NCBI GenBank assembly: GCA_963921275.4
Contig: OZ001293.3
Span: forward strand, 5,440,001-5,504,000
Length of the DNA: 64,000 bases
Reading direction: 5' to 3'
Origin: an uncultured Hormoscilla sp.
GTDB lineage: Bacteria; Cyanobacteriota; Cyanobacteriia; Cyanobacteriales; Desertifilaceae
Below are positions 1 through 10,486 of the stretch, in pieces (the first letter of the stretch is position 1; every line of letters starts with the position of its first letter). A program made the position numbers and the translations under genes. The notes beneath the pieces are model-generated. The model made no database searches. It was given only the letters and a program-made list of their open reading frames with translations, and was not told the origin of the DNA.

Positions 1-256
1 CGTACTCTTCCTGTGCTTTCCTCGCGTACTCAATCCAATTATATAGGTACTTGCCTACAGTTTCTTTATCGTGCAGGTAGTAGAGAATTGTCGCATAAAC
101 AGATTCCAAATTTAGGGTTGAATACATAGACGCGATCGCCTCTGGAGATTTGCCGTTATAGAGGTATTCGTCCAGAACCGTTTCTATCCCAACGCGGGTT
201 CCTTCGATCCGAATGTCATCGGGTCCTAGAAATTAAAAATAGTCTTCTAATTGCAT
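1..256 (-). pseudogene. DUF433 family antitoxin-like protein, in-frame TAA at codon 8; runs off window edge
   Basis: Manual translation MQLEDYF*FLGPDDIRIEGTRVGIETVLDEYLY...YATILYY. Confidence 0.7.
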
Positions 257-341
257 CGCCCCCTCCTTTTTACAATTGTTAATGGAAGATTGTTAATCAT
301 TAATTCTCCATTAAAAATTCACCATTGACAATTCACCATTC

Positions 342-2360
342 TCAAAGAGTTGATTCCAGGATATGTTGGAAATGAACTACATCTTGGCGGGGGTCGACGT
401 AAGTTACCTTCAGTTCGATCCGATCGCCCGGTTCGACAGAATTAGTAAAACGCATGCCCAACTCCAGACCCAGTTCTTCCAATAATACTAGGGCCAGATT
501 ATCATCTTCTCGCAGCCAGCGCAGCACTAATCCTTGCCACACCCGATCGGGATTACGTCGCAGATATTCCAAACCCCAATAGCGATTTGTCTGGCGTTCT
601 ACCCAGACCGCTTCCTGGGCGATCGGGCCAATACTGACCATCACTTCTCGCAGCTGTTCTTCGGAAAAAGGCGGGGGTTCTCCGCGCAAATGGGCCTTCA
701 ATTGAAAATGAGTCAAGAGGTCAGTATAGCGGCGGATAGGGGAGGTTACCTGAGTGTAGCAATCCAAGCCTAAACTAGCATGACGAGTCGGCGTGATACT
801 CATTTCACTTTTCGGCATGCAGCGGCGGATGGCAGAGGCCCGGACTGGTCCAGCTGGTAATAGTAGCAGTTCTTCTGCTGGAGGCAACTCCGGTTGCGGT
901 TGACCCCGAAAGGGTAAGAGGAGATTGTGGGTTTGACCGTAGCGGGCCGCTACTTCACCCCCCAGAATCATCATTTCGGCCACGGTGCGCCGGGACACCG
1001 AGTCTTCTAAGACCTCGATGGTGATTTCATCATCTTTGACTTTAATTGACGCCTCTGGCATGGAGATATTGATCGCCCCTTGAGAGTCACGCCATTGCTT
1101 GCGCAGTTGCGCTAAGGAGGCGATCGCCTCTATTTCCGGTTCCGCCTTTACCCCCAGTTGCAGCATTTCATCGACCTCATCGTAGGTGAGGCGATAGGTT
1201 GGTTTAATCAGGCTAGCGTGGATGCTATAATCTTGCACGGCCCCTGTCTCATCCAAGACCACGCCAAAGCTGACCGCACAGCAAATTTTCCCCTGAACCA
1301 GACTCATCGGGCCCGTTGCCATCTCTCCGGGAAACATGGGAATCATGCCCGTCGGCAGATACATCGTCGTTCCCCGGCGTCTCGCTTCCAAGTCCAACTC
1401 ATCTCCTGGGGATATCCATCGGGTCGGGTCAGCAATATGGATCCACAGTCGCTGCTGACCATCGGACAACTCTTCCCAACTCAAACCGTCATCTATTTCC
1501 TTCGTGCTTTCATCATCAATGGTGTACACCTTGAGATGGGTGAGGTCTAAGCGATTAGTGTCTAGATCCGCAGGCGTTGCATTCAGATAGCATTGAACCA
1601 CTTCCAGTACCTTTGTAGAGAACTCTGTTGGTATTTGACTCCGCCGCAGAAACAGGTTTTCATGAAGACTCCACACACCTAATTGAACCAATAGATCGAA
1701 AGCTGCTTGGGGGGTTTGCGGGCGTTCTAGGATACTCAGAGTTTCCGTCGCCACCGGGGCCGGTTTGAAACCCTCTGTTACCCCGCCCTTGGCCGCTAAC
1801 TGTTCTAAGGCTTCTAAACGGGGGCGATCGCTACTTTCCCACTCTACTACCTCACCTGTTAATGCCTGCTGCAGGCGAGTCAAAAATTCCTGGGACTCCT
1901 GCTGGCGCTGCTTTTCCACCTCCTGCTGGTGCTTTAGTTCCGCCACCATCGCTACGGAACGCGGTTCGTAGCGATCGCCCTTTTGTTTGAAATACAATTT
2001 ATCCGTACAGAGCATACAATAGGCTGCATAGCATTGGGCAGGACTTTGCTCTGAAAATAGCAGCTGTGCCATCTCTTGGGGGTCGATCGCTTCCGCATCT
2101 TCCACCAGTAACTCCCAGGCCACTTCTATACTTGAGGGGTCTATGTAACCTTCTACTTCCCCCATGAAGCCCGCTATTTCTGCCGGTTTATATGTCTCCC
2201 CCTCCACCTCATAGCTTACCTGCTGCGGTTTGATCGAATGGGCCTGACCTCGTTCATCTACCACGATCCAGTTTTTTTTGCCCTCTGGACGGTCTGCTAC
2301 TGCCAGACGCCGGTCTCCTTGCAGCCTAAATTCTATCAGCCTTCCCTTTTCCAGAGCCAT
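342..2360 (-). CDS. rnb: Ribonuclease II/R family (RNB domain) exoribonuclease
   Basis: Motifs TIDDESTKEIDDGLS, HIADP, YTQVTSPIRRYTDL. Confidence 0.9.
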   Translation of the reverse strand: MALEKGRLIEFRLQGDRRLAVADRPEGKKNWIVVDERGQAHSIKPQQVSYEVEGETYKPAEIAGFMGEVEGYIDPSSIEVAWELLVEDAEAIDPQEMAQLLFSEQSPAQCYAAYCMLCTDKLYFKQKGDRYEPRSVAMVAELKHQQEVEKQRQQESQEFLTRLQQALTGEVVEWESSDRPRLEALEQLAAKGGVTEGFKPAPVATETLSILERPQTPQAAFDLLVQLGVWSLHENLFLRRSQIPTEFSTKVLEVVQCYLNATPADLDTNRLDLTHLKVYTIDDESTKEIDDGLSWEELSDGQQRLWIHIADPTRWISPGDELDLEARRRGTTMYLPTGMIPMFPGEMATGPMSLVQGKICCAVSFGVVLDETGAVQDYSIHASLIKPTYRLTYDEVDEMLQLGVKAEPEIEAIASLAQLRKQWRDSQGAINISMPEASIKVKDDEITIEVLEDSVSRRTVAEMMILGGEVAARYGQTHNLLLPFRGQPQPELPPAEELLLLPAGPVRASAIRRCMPKSEMSITPTRHASLGLDCYTQVTSPIRRYTDLLTHFQLKAHLRGEPPPFSEEQLREVMVSIGPIAQEAVWVERQTNRYWGLEYLRRNPDRVWQGLVLRWLREDDNLALVLLEELGLELGMRFTNSVEPGDRIELKVTYVDPRQDVVHFQHILESTL

Positions 2361-2415
2361 TTTCTAGTTAGCCATAGCGTTTGCCACTAGCTTAGCCCAA
2401 TTTGGGATTTTCTCT

Positions 2416-2452
2416 TGTCAGTTGTTGGTTGTCAGTTGTTGGTTGTCAGTTG
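2416..2452. repeat. Heptamer tandem repeat (STRR-like, GTCAGTT/GTTGGTT)
   Basis: Directly visible; same type at 16233-16292. Confidence 0.7.
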
Positions 2453-2513
2453 ACCGTCTATAGCCTTTGGTGGGCCGTGCCCTAGATTCTTTGGTGGGCC
2501 GTGCCCTCTTCTA

Positions 2514-2732
2514 TTACGCTTCTTTATTCACGAATGGCAACAGTGCCATTATTCTAGCACGCTTGATTGCTTGAGTCAAGTCTCTTTGTTGCTTACAAGT
2601 CAGACCCGTTATCCGGCGCGGCAATATTTTTCCCCGTTCGGTTATATATTTCCGCAACAGATCTACATCTTTATAGTCGATCGGATCTTTTGGTGAAATG
2701 GGGGAAACGCGGTTACGATAGAAACCTGCCAT
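2514..2732 (-). CDS. rpsR: 30S ribosomal protein S18
   Basis: [26 protein letters not shown]. Confidence 0.97.
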   Translation of the reverse strand: MAGFYRNRVSPISPKDPIDYKDVDLLRKYITERGKILPRRITGLTCKQQRDLTQAIKRARIMALLPFVNKEA

Positions 2733-2782
2733 ATCAGTTGTCCTTTGCTAATTGTCAATTCCTAGGGGTAGTACAGACTATA

Positions 2783-2980
2783 CTACTTGATTTCCTTGTG
2801 GACCGTGTGCTTGTTACAGTGGGTACAGAACTTTTTCAGTTCTAACCGGGCTGTGGTGTTACGGCGATTCTTGGTGGTGGTGTACCGGGATACTCCTTTC
2901 GATCGCTTATCAGTGTTAGTGCGACACTCAGTGCATTCGAGGGTCACGACCAGACGGACATCCTTACCCTTTTTTGCCAT
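2783..2980 (-). CDS. rpmG: 50S ribosomal protein L33
   Basis: LECTEC...[31 protein letters not shown]; adjacent to rpsR. Confidence 0.97.
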   Translation of the reverse strand: MAKKGKDVRLVVTLECTECRTNTDKRSKGVSRYTTTKNRRNTTARLELKKFCTHCNKHTVHKEIK

Positions 2981-3014
2981 TTTCCCTTTTTGGTCTAGAA
3001 TTTAACGCAATTTC

Positions 3015-3542
3015 TCATTTTCGCACATCCCGATTAAAATCGGCAAATAATCTTTTCAGTCTCAGGTCGAGGGAGTAACCCCGGCGGGTGCCGACTACAA
3101 TAGTATCGGCGATCTGGTCGTGGAAAGCTTGCCTGAGTTCCCGATCGACATAGGCAAAACCACAGTCTACCAGCAAAGGAATCACCAGCAGGAGGGCCCA
3201 GGCATTCACGGGAGAAAGGTAGGAAATGCCAATCAGAGCTAACATGGCCCCAGTCCCGAGGATGCCCTCCCGCTGGCATAACTCTATAATACCGGGAACT
3301 CTACCGTATTGGGGGTCTACAACCTTCAGATCCAGAGCATAGCGTCATGGGAGACGATGGCCTTTATTTTTGGCCGCGACGATTACCCGCATGCTCAACC
3401 AGGCTAGGATAAATGCTGGTACGAGCAGATTGGCCAAAAATAAGCTTAGCAGTCCTGCGAGGAAAAAGTCAATGCCAAAGGCGGCACTCCGACGCCACAG
3501 CGGTACTCTGGGAAGGCGAGTATAAGCCAGTTCATTCAGCAT
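3015..3542 (-). pseudogene. RDD family membrane protein with one in-frame TGA (3345-3347)
   Basis: LWRRSAAFGIDF at N-terminus, RQAFHDQIADTIVV at C-terminus; the two ORF pieces are in the same frame. Confidence 0.75.
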
Positions 3543-3565
3543 CTTGGGAATTACGAACTATAAAA

Positions 3566-4801
3566 ATGTTACCAGTATTTCAAGCGGAAACGATCATTTT
3601 AGACTTGGTGCAACCCCTGTCCGGACAGGAGGATGTAGAAGTATTAAACTCGCCTGATGTCAGGGGTCGCATTTTAGCTGCCCCGGTAAGCAGTAATCTG
3701 GACTTTCCCCACTGGGATAACTCGGCGATGGACGGGTATGCGGTGCGGTTTGCGGATGTAAGCAGTTGCAGTGCCGAACATCCTGCTGTCTTAGAAGTTG
3801 TCGAAGAAATTCCCGCAGGATATCAGCCTCAACGTACCATTGGCCGGGGACAAGCAGCCATAATTTTGACTGGTTCGATGATGCCCGATGGTGCGGATAC
3901 GGTGGTAATGCAGGAAGAAACGAAACGAGAGGGTACGCGCTTGTTTATCTTCTCTTCTCCAGAGTCGCCGCAAGCATTTGTACGACATCAAGGCGCTTTT
4001 TACCAGGCGGGAAACCCCTTGTTAATGCCAGGAATAGCTTTAAATGCCCCGGAAATTGCGGTGCTAGCAGCGGCCCAATGTACCCAAGTTCCCGTTTACA
4101 GGCGTCTCCGAGTAGGGATTTTATCTACGGGTAGCGAGTTGGTAAGGCTAGAACAACCTTTACAACCCGGTCATATTGTAGATTCTAATCAATATGCTTT
4201 GGCAGCTTTAGTCCGGCAGGCGGGTGCTATTCCCCAAATGTTAGGTATTGTCCCAGACGATCGGGAGGCAATTCAAGAGGAGATCGGGTCGATCTTGCCC
4301 GAGGTTGATATGGTACTATCATCTGGGGGAGTTTCCGTGGGAGATTACGACTATGTAGAGCAAATATTATCAACTCTGGGGGCAGAAATTCAAATTCAAT
4401 CTGTTGCGATCAAACCAGGCAAACCTCTGACAGTAGCAACATTCAAGCAACCCCATTTTGTGTTATACTTTGGTTTGCCAGGAAACCCCGTATCCGCTTT
4501 GGTAAGTTTTTGGCGGTTTGTTCGACCGGCAATTAAAAAAATGTCAGGACTGGCCCGAGGATACTTACCAGAGTTTGTCCAGGCGGTGACCCAGAATGAA
4601 TTGCGTGCAGGTGGCAAACGAGAAACCTATCTGTGGGGGACATTGCATTTGTCAGAGAGTGAATGTGAATTTGAGTTGGCAACAGGCAGTCATAGTTCTG
4701 GTAATTTGATTAATCTAGCAGGAACGAATGCTTTAGCAGTTGTGCCAGTGGGAGAACGGGCGATCGGGCCGGGTTCTGTAGTGCGGGTGTTACGCATGTA
4801 G
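3566..4801 (+). CDS. moeA: Molybdopterin molybdotransferase MoeA
   Basis: WDNSAMDGYAV, STGSELV, SSGGVSVGDYD, GLPGNPVS; start moved to ATG 3566. Confidence 0.93.
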   Translation: MLPVFQAETIILDLVQPLSGQEDVEVLNSPDVRGRILAAPVSSNLDFPHWDNSAMDGYAVRFADVSSCSAEHPAVLEVVEEIPAGYQPQRTIGRGQAAIILTGSMMPDGADTVVMQEETKREGTRLFIFSSPESPQAFVRHQGAFYQAGNPLLMPGIALNAPEIAVLAAAQCTQVPVYRRLRVGILSTGSELVRLEQPLQPGHIVDSNQYALAALVRQAGAIPQMLGIVPDDREAIQEEIGSILPEVDMVLSSGGVSVGDYDYVEQILSTLGAEIQIQSVAIKPGKPLTVATFKQPHFVLYFGLPGNPVSALVSFWRFVRPAIKKMSGLARGYLPEFVQAVTQNELRAGGKRETYLWGTLHLSESECEFELATGSHSSGNLINLAGTNALAVVPVGERAIGPGSVVRVLRM

Positions 4802-4911
4802 GGCACCGCCCACCATCCCGGTAGAGATAAGGAAAAATGGTGTCATAGCTAAAATATCAAGCAAGCATGAAAAATAATGCTTAACTTGAGTTAACAGAGG
4901 AAGGGAAAGCA

Positions 4912-5808
4912 ATGAAAAAGATCATAGACTGGAGTAAGCCTGTGGTTTGCTGGACAATAGTGGCGATCGCCTCCATGCAGGGGACTGCGTTGAGTCAAGT
5001 CCAGAGGGTAGCGGTATCCCCTGGGAGCTTGATGTCCCCCGGACGCACTCCGATGCCTTCGGGATGCTTCGCAAAAACCCCGAAGGCATCGTCGAAACCC
5101 GGGAGACATCATCTGAGCACTACCCAGGGGGATACCGCACAGGCATTTCCGGGAAAATGTGCGATGGCGAGAGAGGAGATATTTGTGTACAACTCCCCTG
5201 CTACCTCGGGACGGAGAATTAGAAGTCTGCGTCCGGAAGAACAGGTCGCGTTGGTAGATGAGGGGATAAATGGATGGATAGCGATCAATTCTCCGATCAA
5301 GGGGTTCGTACAGATAAAAGACCTGAAACCATGCAGCCCGATCGGGGAATGCCGGGCTGCCAAACAGGGGATATTTGTGTACGACAAACCTGACAGTTCG
5401 GGACGAAAAATTAGAAGCATACTGACTAACGAAGAAGTTACCATTGCCGGGACGAATGAGAATGGTTGGATAGCGATTAGTTCTCCGGCGAACGGGTTTG
5501 TCCAGACGGTGGACCTGAAAAGCTGCGAGGGAGGCAATCGGCCCCCTGGGGAGAATACAGGATCCTGTCGCCGAGTTACAGACCTTGTGGGTCAGGGACT
5601 GAATATCCGGGCACAACCAAATACTGAATCTGATATTATCGGATCGTTGTTTGCAGGAGATATAGTCAGACTCAAAAGCACCGAGAACAGGGTAGATCCA
5701 ACGGGGCGGAACTGGGTGGCGATCGCATCCCCTTAAGAAGGGTGGATATCTGAGGGGTTCCGGGACTCCGAGAGGAGAAATCTGGAAGCGGCTGCTTGTC
5801 CGCGTTAA
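4912..5808 (+). pseudogene. Secreted protein with three SH3b-like repeats; premature TAA at 5734-5736
   Basis: Signal peptide, repeats ending NGWIAI.SP..GFV; homology continues P*EGWISEG after the stop. Confidence 0.65.
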
Positions 5809-5839
5809 TTCCAGTATGTTAAAAAGGATCGGATATAAG

Positions 5840-6326
5840 ATGAGCAAAACGGTTTCAGGCGTTAGCGTCAAAGCCATCAATAGGGAGGAAAAGCAAAAAG
5901 CAGTTGGGAGAGTACAAGGTTCTCCTGATCGTGAATTTGGCTTCCTACTGCGGTTACACTCCTCAATACAAAGGACTAGAAGCTTTGAACCAGAAGTATG
6001 CCGATGGGGGTTTGCGGGTCCTGGGGTTCCCCTGCAACGACTATGGCGATCGGGAACCAAAAAGCAATCCCGAAATTCTGGAGTTTGCTACTAAAAACTA
6101 TGGCGTCACCTTTGAACTGTTTGACAAGGTGCATGCAAAAGGTTCCGAACAGCATCCGCTTTATGCTATACTGACCAAAGCTGTAGAACCAACGGTCGAT
6201 GTAGCAGAGAATTTTGAGAAGCTTTTGGTGAGTAAACAAGGTGAAGTCGTGGCGCGATTTAACAGCGGTGCCAGTCCCGACTCCTCAGAATTGATTGCCG
6301 CGATAGAGCAAGAGTTTGCTTCATAG
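5840..6326 (+). pseudogene. Glutathione peroxidase, N-terminal frameshift
   Basis: VNLASYCGYTPQY, LGFPCNDYG; ATG 5840 is out of frame with the body because of an AAAAGCA duplication near 5890. Confidence 0.75.
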
Positions 6327-6339
6327 TCTGACATAATAA

Positions 6340-6431
6340 TAGACCTCTTGCAAAAGTAGATTTAGGCTACGCAATAGCAATACTTTCAGCATCCCGTTTG
6401 GATCCATTTTGGCATTTATGCAAGAGGTCTA
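6340..6431. mobile_element. MITE with TAGACCTCTTGCA terminal inverted repeats
   Basis: 13-bp TIRs, no ORF. Confidence 0.7.
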
Positions 6432-6440
6432 CTATATATA

Positions 6441-7369
6441 ACTCAAGTTGCTACCTATTAAAAAAAAATGTATTACCCACTTAGAGATTTCCGATATTTG
6501 TGTTTTTTGGTAGTCACAGAAATATATTATTTTTATGCTATCAGTAGCCATCCCTGTTTATAGGTTATAATGTACTAAAATAACAGTTGATTGCGGTAGA
6601 TTATGGAAAATATGATTATAACAATTTTTGTTCTTGGCGATGAACTGCTAAAAGCACTCAATATCAAAGAAGATCCACAAGTAAAAATGAATAATGCGGA
6701 GGTGATGACAGTAGGATTAGTTGCTGCTTATTTTTGGGAGGGCGCTCGTCAATTTATGGCAGAACATAACTAGATCAAAAATCTGTCAAGTAAAAGTAGG
6801 TTTAATCGTCGAAAACATAAGATTGATGAAACAATTGTATGGGAGTTTATTTCAAGCAATGGCTCAATCATTCGCTAAATCCGGGTCAAGAATATATTAT
6901 CGATAGTTTCCCTGTGCCAGGATGTGACAACACGATCGATGTAAAATTTATACAGAAGAAGAATATAGAGGATATATCGCCAGCAAAAAACGTTATTTTT
7001 ATTGAGAGTTCATATGTTAGTCAACAAAACTGGTAAACCAATAGAATTTTATTTTGCTCCTGGTAGTTGTAATGATGCGAAAATTATCCAATTGCTTTGA
7101 TTTGCCATCAAAAGTTTATGGAGACAAAATTTATAACAATTATCAAGATTTACTAAAAGAGTCAATGAATATAATGTTCAAACATTTGCGTAAAAAGAAC
7201 GCGGGTTCAATATGTACAGAACGTAACTAGAAAACAAGTAGGAACATGCTTTAGTCGAATAACTAATTTGTTTCCTAAGTCCTGCTGTTACATCCAAAGG
7301 GTTCGAGTTAAAATTAATTCTCTTTATCATAGCTTTTTGTGTTCAATTTTTATAGGTCGCAACTTAAGT
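6441..7369 (+). mobile_element. IS982-family element, degenerate transposase
   Basis: TIRs ACTCAAGTTGC / GCAACTTAAGT, 8-bp TATATATA target duplication, IIDSFPVPGCDN motif, many frameshifts. Confidence 0.8.
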
Positions 7370-7655
7370 TATATATATTAGGGTAGGTGAGCGGCAGGCG
7401 GAGTTTGCAGCCTGGTAACCCACCCACTGGAAAGCCCTAGTGTATGGGGTGGCGCTTGGCATGGAACATTCGGGAAGTCTAGAGGTCTAATGTAAATAGA
7501 CAAGTCCCAGGGGCCGCCGAGGGGTCAAACCCAAAGGCCTTGGGAGCATCTCACTTTTGCATTTTTGCAACAATTATCGCTAATGGCTAATTGCTAATGG
7601 CTAATGGAGAATTGTTTGATTTCACCCACTTTGCCTGCCCAACCTTTCGGAGTCT

Positions 7656-8526
7656 GTGCGATTCGTTCTAGCCTAACGTGGTCAAACACGGAACGCTAGC
7701 CCGGTTTCATTAGCCGGGAACTCTGACCGCATGGGGGTTAAATTCCTCTCCCCCCAGGTACGGGGGTGACACCGGTCCTCGGTGCTACGAAGCGACATCA
7801 TCGTGGTGCTAAGCGAGGACTCAAATGTAGGATAACTGGCAGCCTAAGCCGGTGACGCCGCTAGGAAAGATATCCAAGGTTAGAGCAGGCAAACATGTGC
7901 AAGCCTCGTTATAAGGAACCAGCGAAATAAGGCTATATGCGCTGGCCTAAAAAGGAAATGGTAGCTAGTATTAGTTTTAGACTCTGGCTAATATAGTACT
8001 CAAATAGCTCCCGGGGTATAGTGTGGACCTAAAGGTATCGCGAAATGTTGTTAGGGAACGAAGTAACCTCTCGTGTGCTGTCCATCAGGACAAGTTAGAT
8101 GTTAAGCGCAAGCCACGGGGGGAGGGATGGCCCAAGAAGCGAATGCCCGGGGTAATTCCTGGGATAACATCTACAGTAATGTAGATGATGCTGGGTAGCC
8201 AGCGCTGACGTGGGTCGGTGATACTAGGAAGCTGCTGGAATGAGTAATCCTAAAAAGCCACGGAACTAATCCGAAACGCAAGTGGAGGATAAGGTATGGA
8301 TAACTGGTAAAACTGACTTGAAAATGGTGATACTAACGGTTATCAGAACAACCACTCGCTAAACCAGGAAAGGGAAGAAAAGACAGGCGGCAAGGGCTAA
8401 CGGAAGTAATTCCTATTAAGTCTACCTATGAAAAGGGCCTAGTACCCAGTAGCCGGATGCGGTGAAAATCGCAAGTCCGGTTCCGAAAGGGAGGGTCGGG
8501 AAGCGATTCCCGGCTCGACCCCATCC
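7656..8526 (+). mobile_element. ORF-less group II intron family A, copy 1 (871 nt)
   Basis: GTGCGATTCG 5' end; D5 at 8450-8483 with AGC triad and GAAA loop; D6; EBS1 AGACTC (7979-7984) pairs with exon GAGTCT. Confidence 0.93.
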
Positions 8527-9396
8527 GTGCGATTCGTTCTAGCCTAACGTGGTCAAACACGGAACGCTAGCCCGGTTTCATTAGCCGGGAACTCTGACCG
8601 CATGGGGGTTAAATTCCCCTCCCCCCAGGTACGGGGGTGACACCGGTCCTCGGTGCTACGAAGCGACATCATCGTGGTGCTAAGCGAGGACTCAAATGTA
8701 GGATAACTGGCAGCCTAAGCCGGTGACGCCGCTAGGAAAGATATCCAAGGTTAGAGCAGGCAAACATGTGCAAGCCTCGTTATAAGGAACCAGCGAAATA
8801 AGGCTATATGCGCTGGCCTAAAAAGGAAATGGTAGCTAGTATTAGTTTTAGACTCTGGCTAATATAGTACTCAAATAGCTCCCGGGGTATAGTGTGGACC
8901 TAAAGGTATCGCGAAATGTTGTTAGGGAACGAAGTAACCTCTCGTGTGCTGTCCATCAGGACAAGTTAGATGTTAAGCGCAAGCCACGGGGGGAGGGATG
9001 GCCCAAGAAGCGAATGCCCGGGGTAATTCCTGGGATAACATCTACAGTAATGTAGATGATGCTGGGTAGCCAGCGCTGACGTGGGTCAGTGATACTAGGA
9101 AGCTGCTGGAATGAGTAATCCTAAAAAGCCACGGAACTAATCCGAAACGCAAGTGGAGGATAAGGTATGGATAACTGGTAAAACTGACTTGAAAATGGTG
9201 ATACTAACGGTTATCAGAACAACCACTCGCTAAACCAGGAAAGGGAAGAAAAGACAGGCGGCAAGGGCTAACGGAAGTAATTCCTATTAAGTCTACCTAT
9301 GAAAAGGGCCTAGTACCCAGTAGCCGGATGCGGTGAAAATCGCAAGTCCGGTTCCTCAAGGGAGGTCGGGAAGCGATTCCCGGCTCGACCCCATCC
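8527..9396 (+). mobile_element. ORF-less group II intron family A, copy 2 (870 nt)
   Basis: Near-identical to copy 1, abuts it with no spacer. Confidence 0.93.
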
Positions 9397-10268
9397 GTGC
9401 GATTCGTTCTAGCCTAACGTGGTCAAACACGGAACGCTAGCCCGGTTTCATTAGCCGGGAACTCTGACCGCATGGGGGTTAAATTCCCCTCCCCCCAGGT
9501 ACGGGGGTGACACCGGTCCTCGGTGCTACGAAGCGACATCATCGTGGTGCTAAGCGAGGACTCAAATGTAGGATAACTGGCAGCCTAAGCCGGTGACGCC
9601 GCTAGGAAAGATATCCAAGGTTAGAGCAGGCAAACATGTGCAAGCCTCGTTATAAGGAACCAGCGAAATAAGGCTATATGCGCTGGCCTAAAAAGGAAAT
9701 GGTAGCTAGTATTAGTTTTAGACTCTGGCTAATATAGTACTCAAATAGCTCCCGGGGTATAGTGTGGACCCTCAAGGTATCGCGAAATGTTGTTAGGGAA
9801 CGAAGTAACCTCTCGTGTGCTGTCCATCAGGACAAGTTAGATGTTAAGCGCAAGCCACGGGGGGAGGGATGGCCCAAGAAGCGAATGCCCGGGGTAATTC
9901 CTGGGATAACATCTACAGTAATGTAGATGATGCTGGGTAGCCAGCGCTGACGTGGGTCGGTGATACTAGGAAGCTGCTGGAATGAGTAATCCTAAAAAGC
10001 CACGGAACTAATCCGAAACGCAAGTGGAGGATAAGGTATGGATAACTGGTAAAACTGACTTGAAAATGGTGATACTAACGGTTATCAGAACAACCACTCG
10101 CTAAACCAGGAAAGGGAAGAAAAGACAGGCGGCAAGGGCTAACGGAAGTAATTCCTATTAAGTCTACCTATGAAAAGGGCCTAGTACCCAGTAGCCGGAT
10201 GCGGTGAAAATCGCAAGTCCGGTTCCTCAAGGGAGGGTCGGGAAGCGATTCCCGGCTCGACCCCATCC
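9397..10268 (+). mobile_element. ORF-less group II intron family A, copy 3 (872 nt)
   Basis: Near-identical to copy 1, abuts copy 2 with no spacer. Confidence 0.93.
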
Positions 10269-10486
10269 ATTTACAAATATGAGATGCACCCAAGGCTTTT
10301 AGCTAAAGTCTGTTTTCAACCGACTCAAAAATTTTCTCTGTTAAACGAGATACGAGCGTTCGGGTAAACAAATCATGACGGAACAAATGCGAGATGTCAA
10401 TTAGAAGAGACTCGCTATAGCAATTAGCAATAGCGCTACGCGCACTACATAAAAGCAATTAGCAATTCACAATTCACAATTCACAA

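Larger units (their letters stand above)
7542..10291. mobile_element. MITE (GGGWGCATCTCA...TGAGATGCACCC) interrupted by the intron trimer
   Basis: 7542-7655 plus 10269-10291 align to the uninterrupted MITE at 54944-55071. Confidence 0.85.

Noticed and set aside
4891..6060. 389-aa minus-strand ORF and other long antisense ORFs (e.g. 39528-40256, 23181-23744, 55835-56350)
   Set aside because: Shadow frames of recognisable genes on the opposite strand
7733..7756. T-arm-like hairpin GGGGG-TTAAATT-CC(C/T)CT inside the introns
   Set aside because: No accompanying cloverleaf; treated as part of intron domain I
7656..10268. rRNA operon or other large ncRNA as explanation for the ORF-free 2.6 kb
   Set aside because: No rRNA signatures; GTGCG starts, D5/D6 and EBS1-IBS1 pairing identify group II introns
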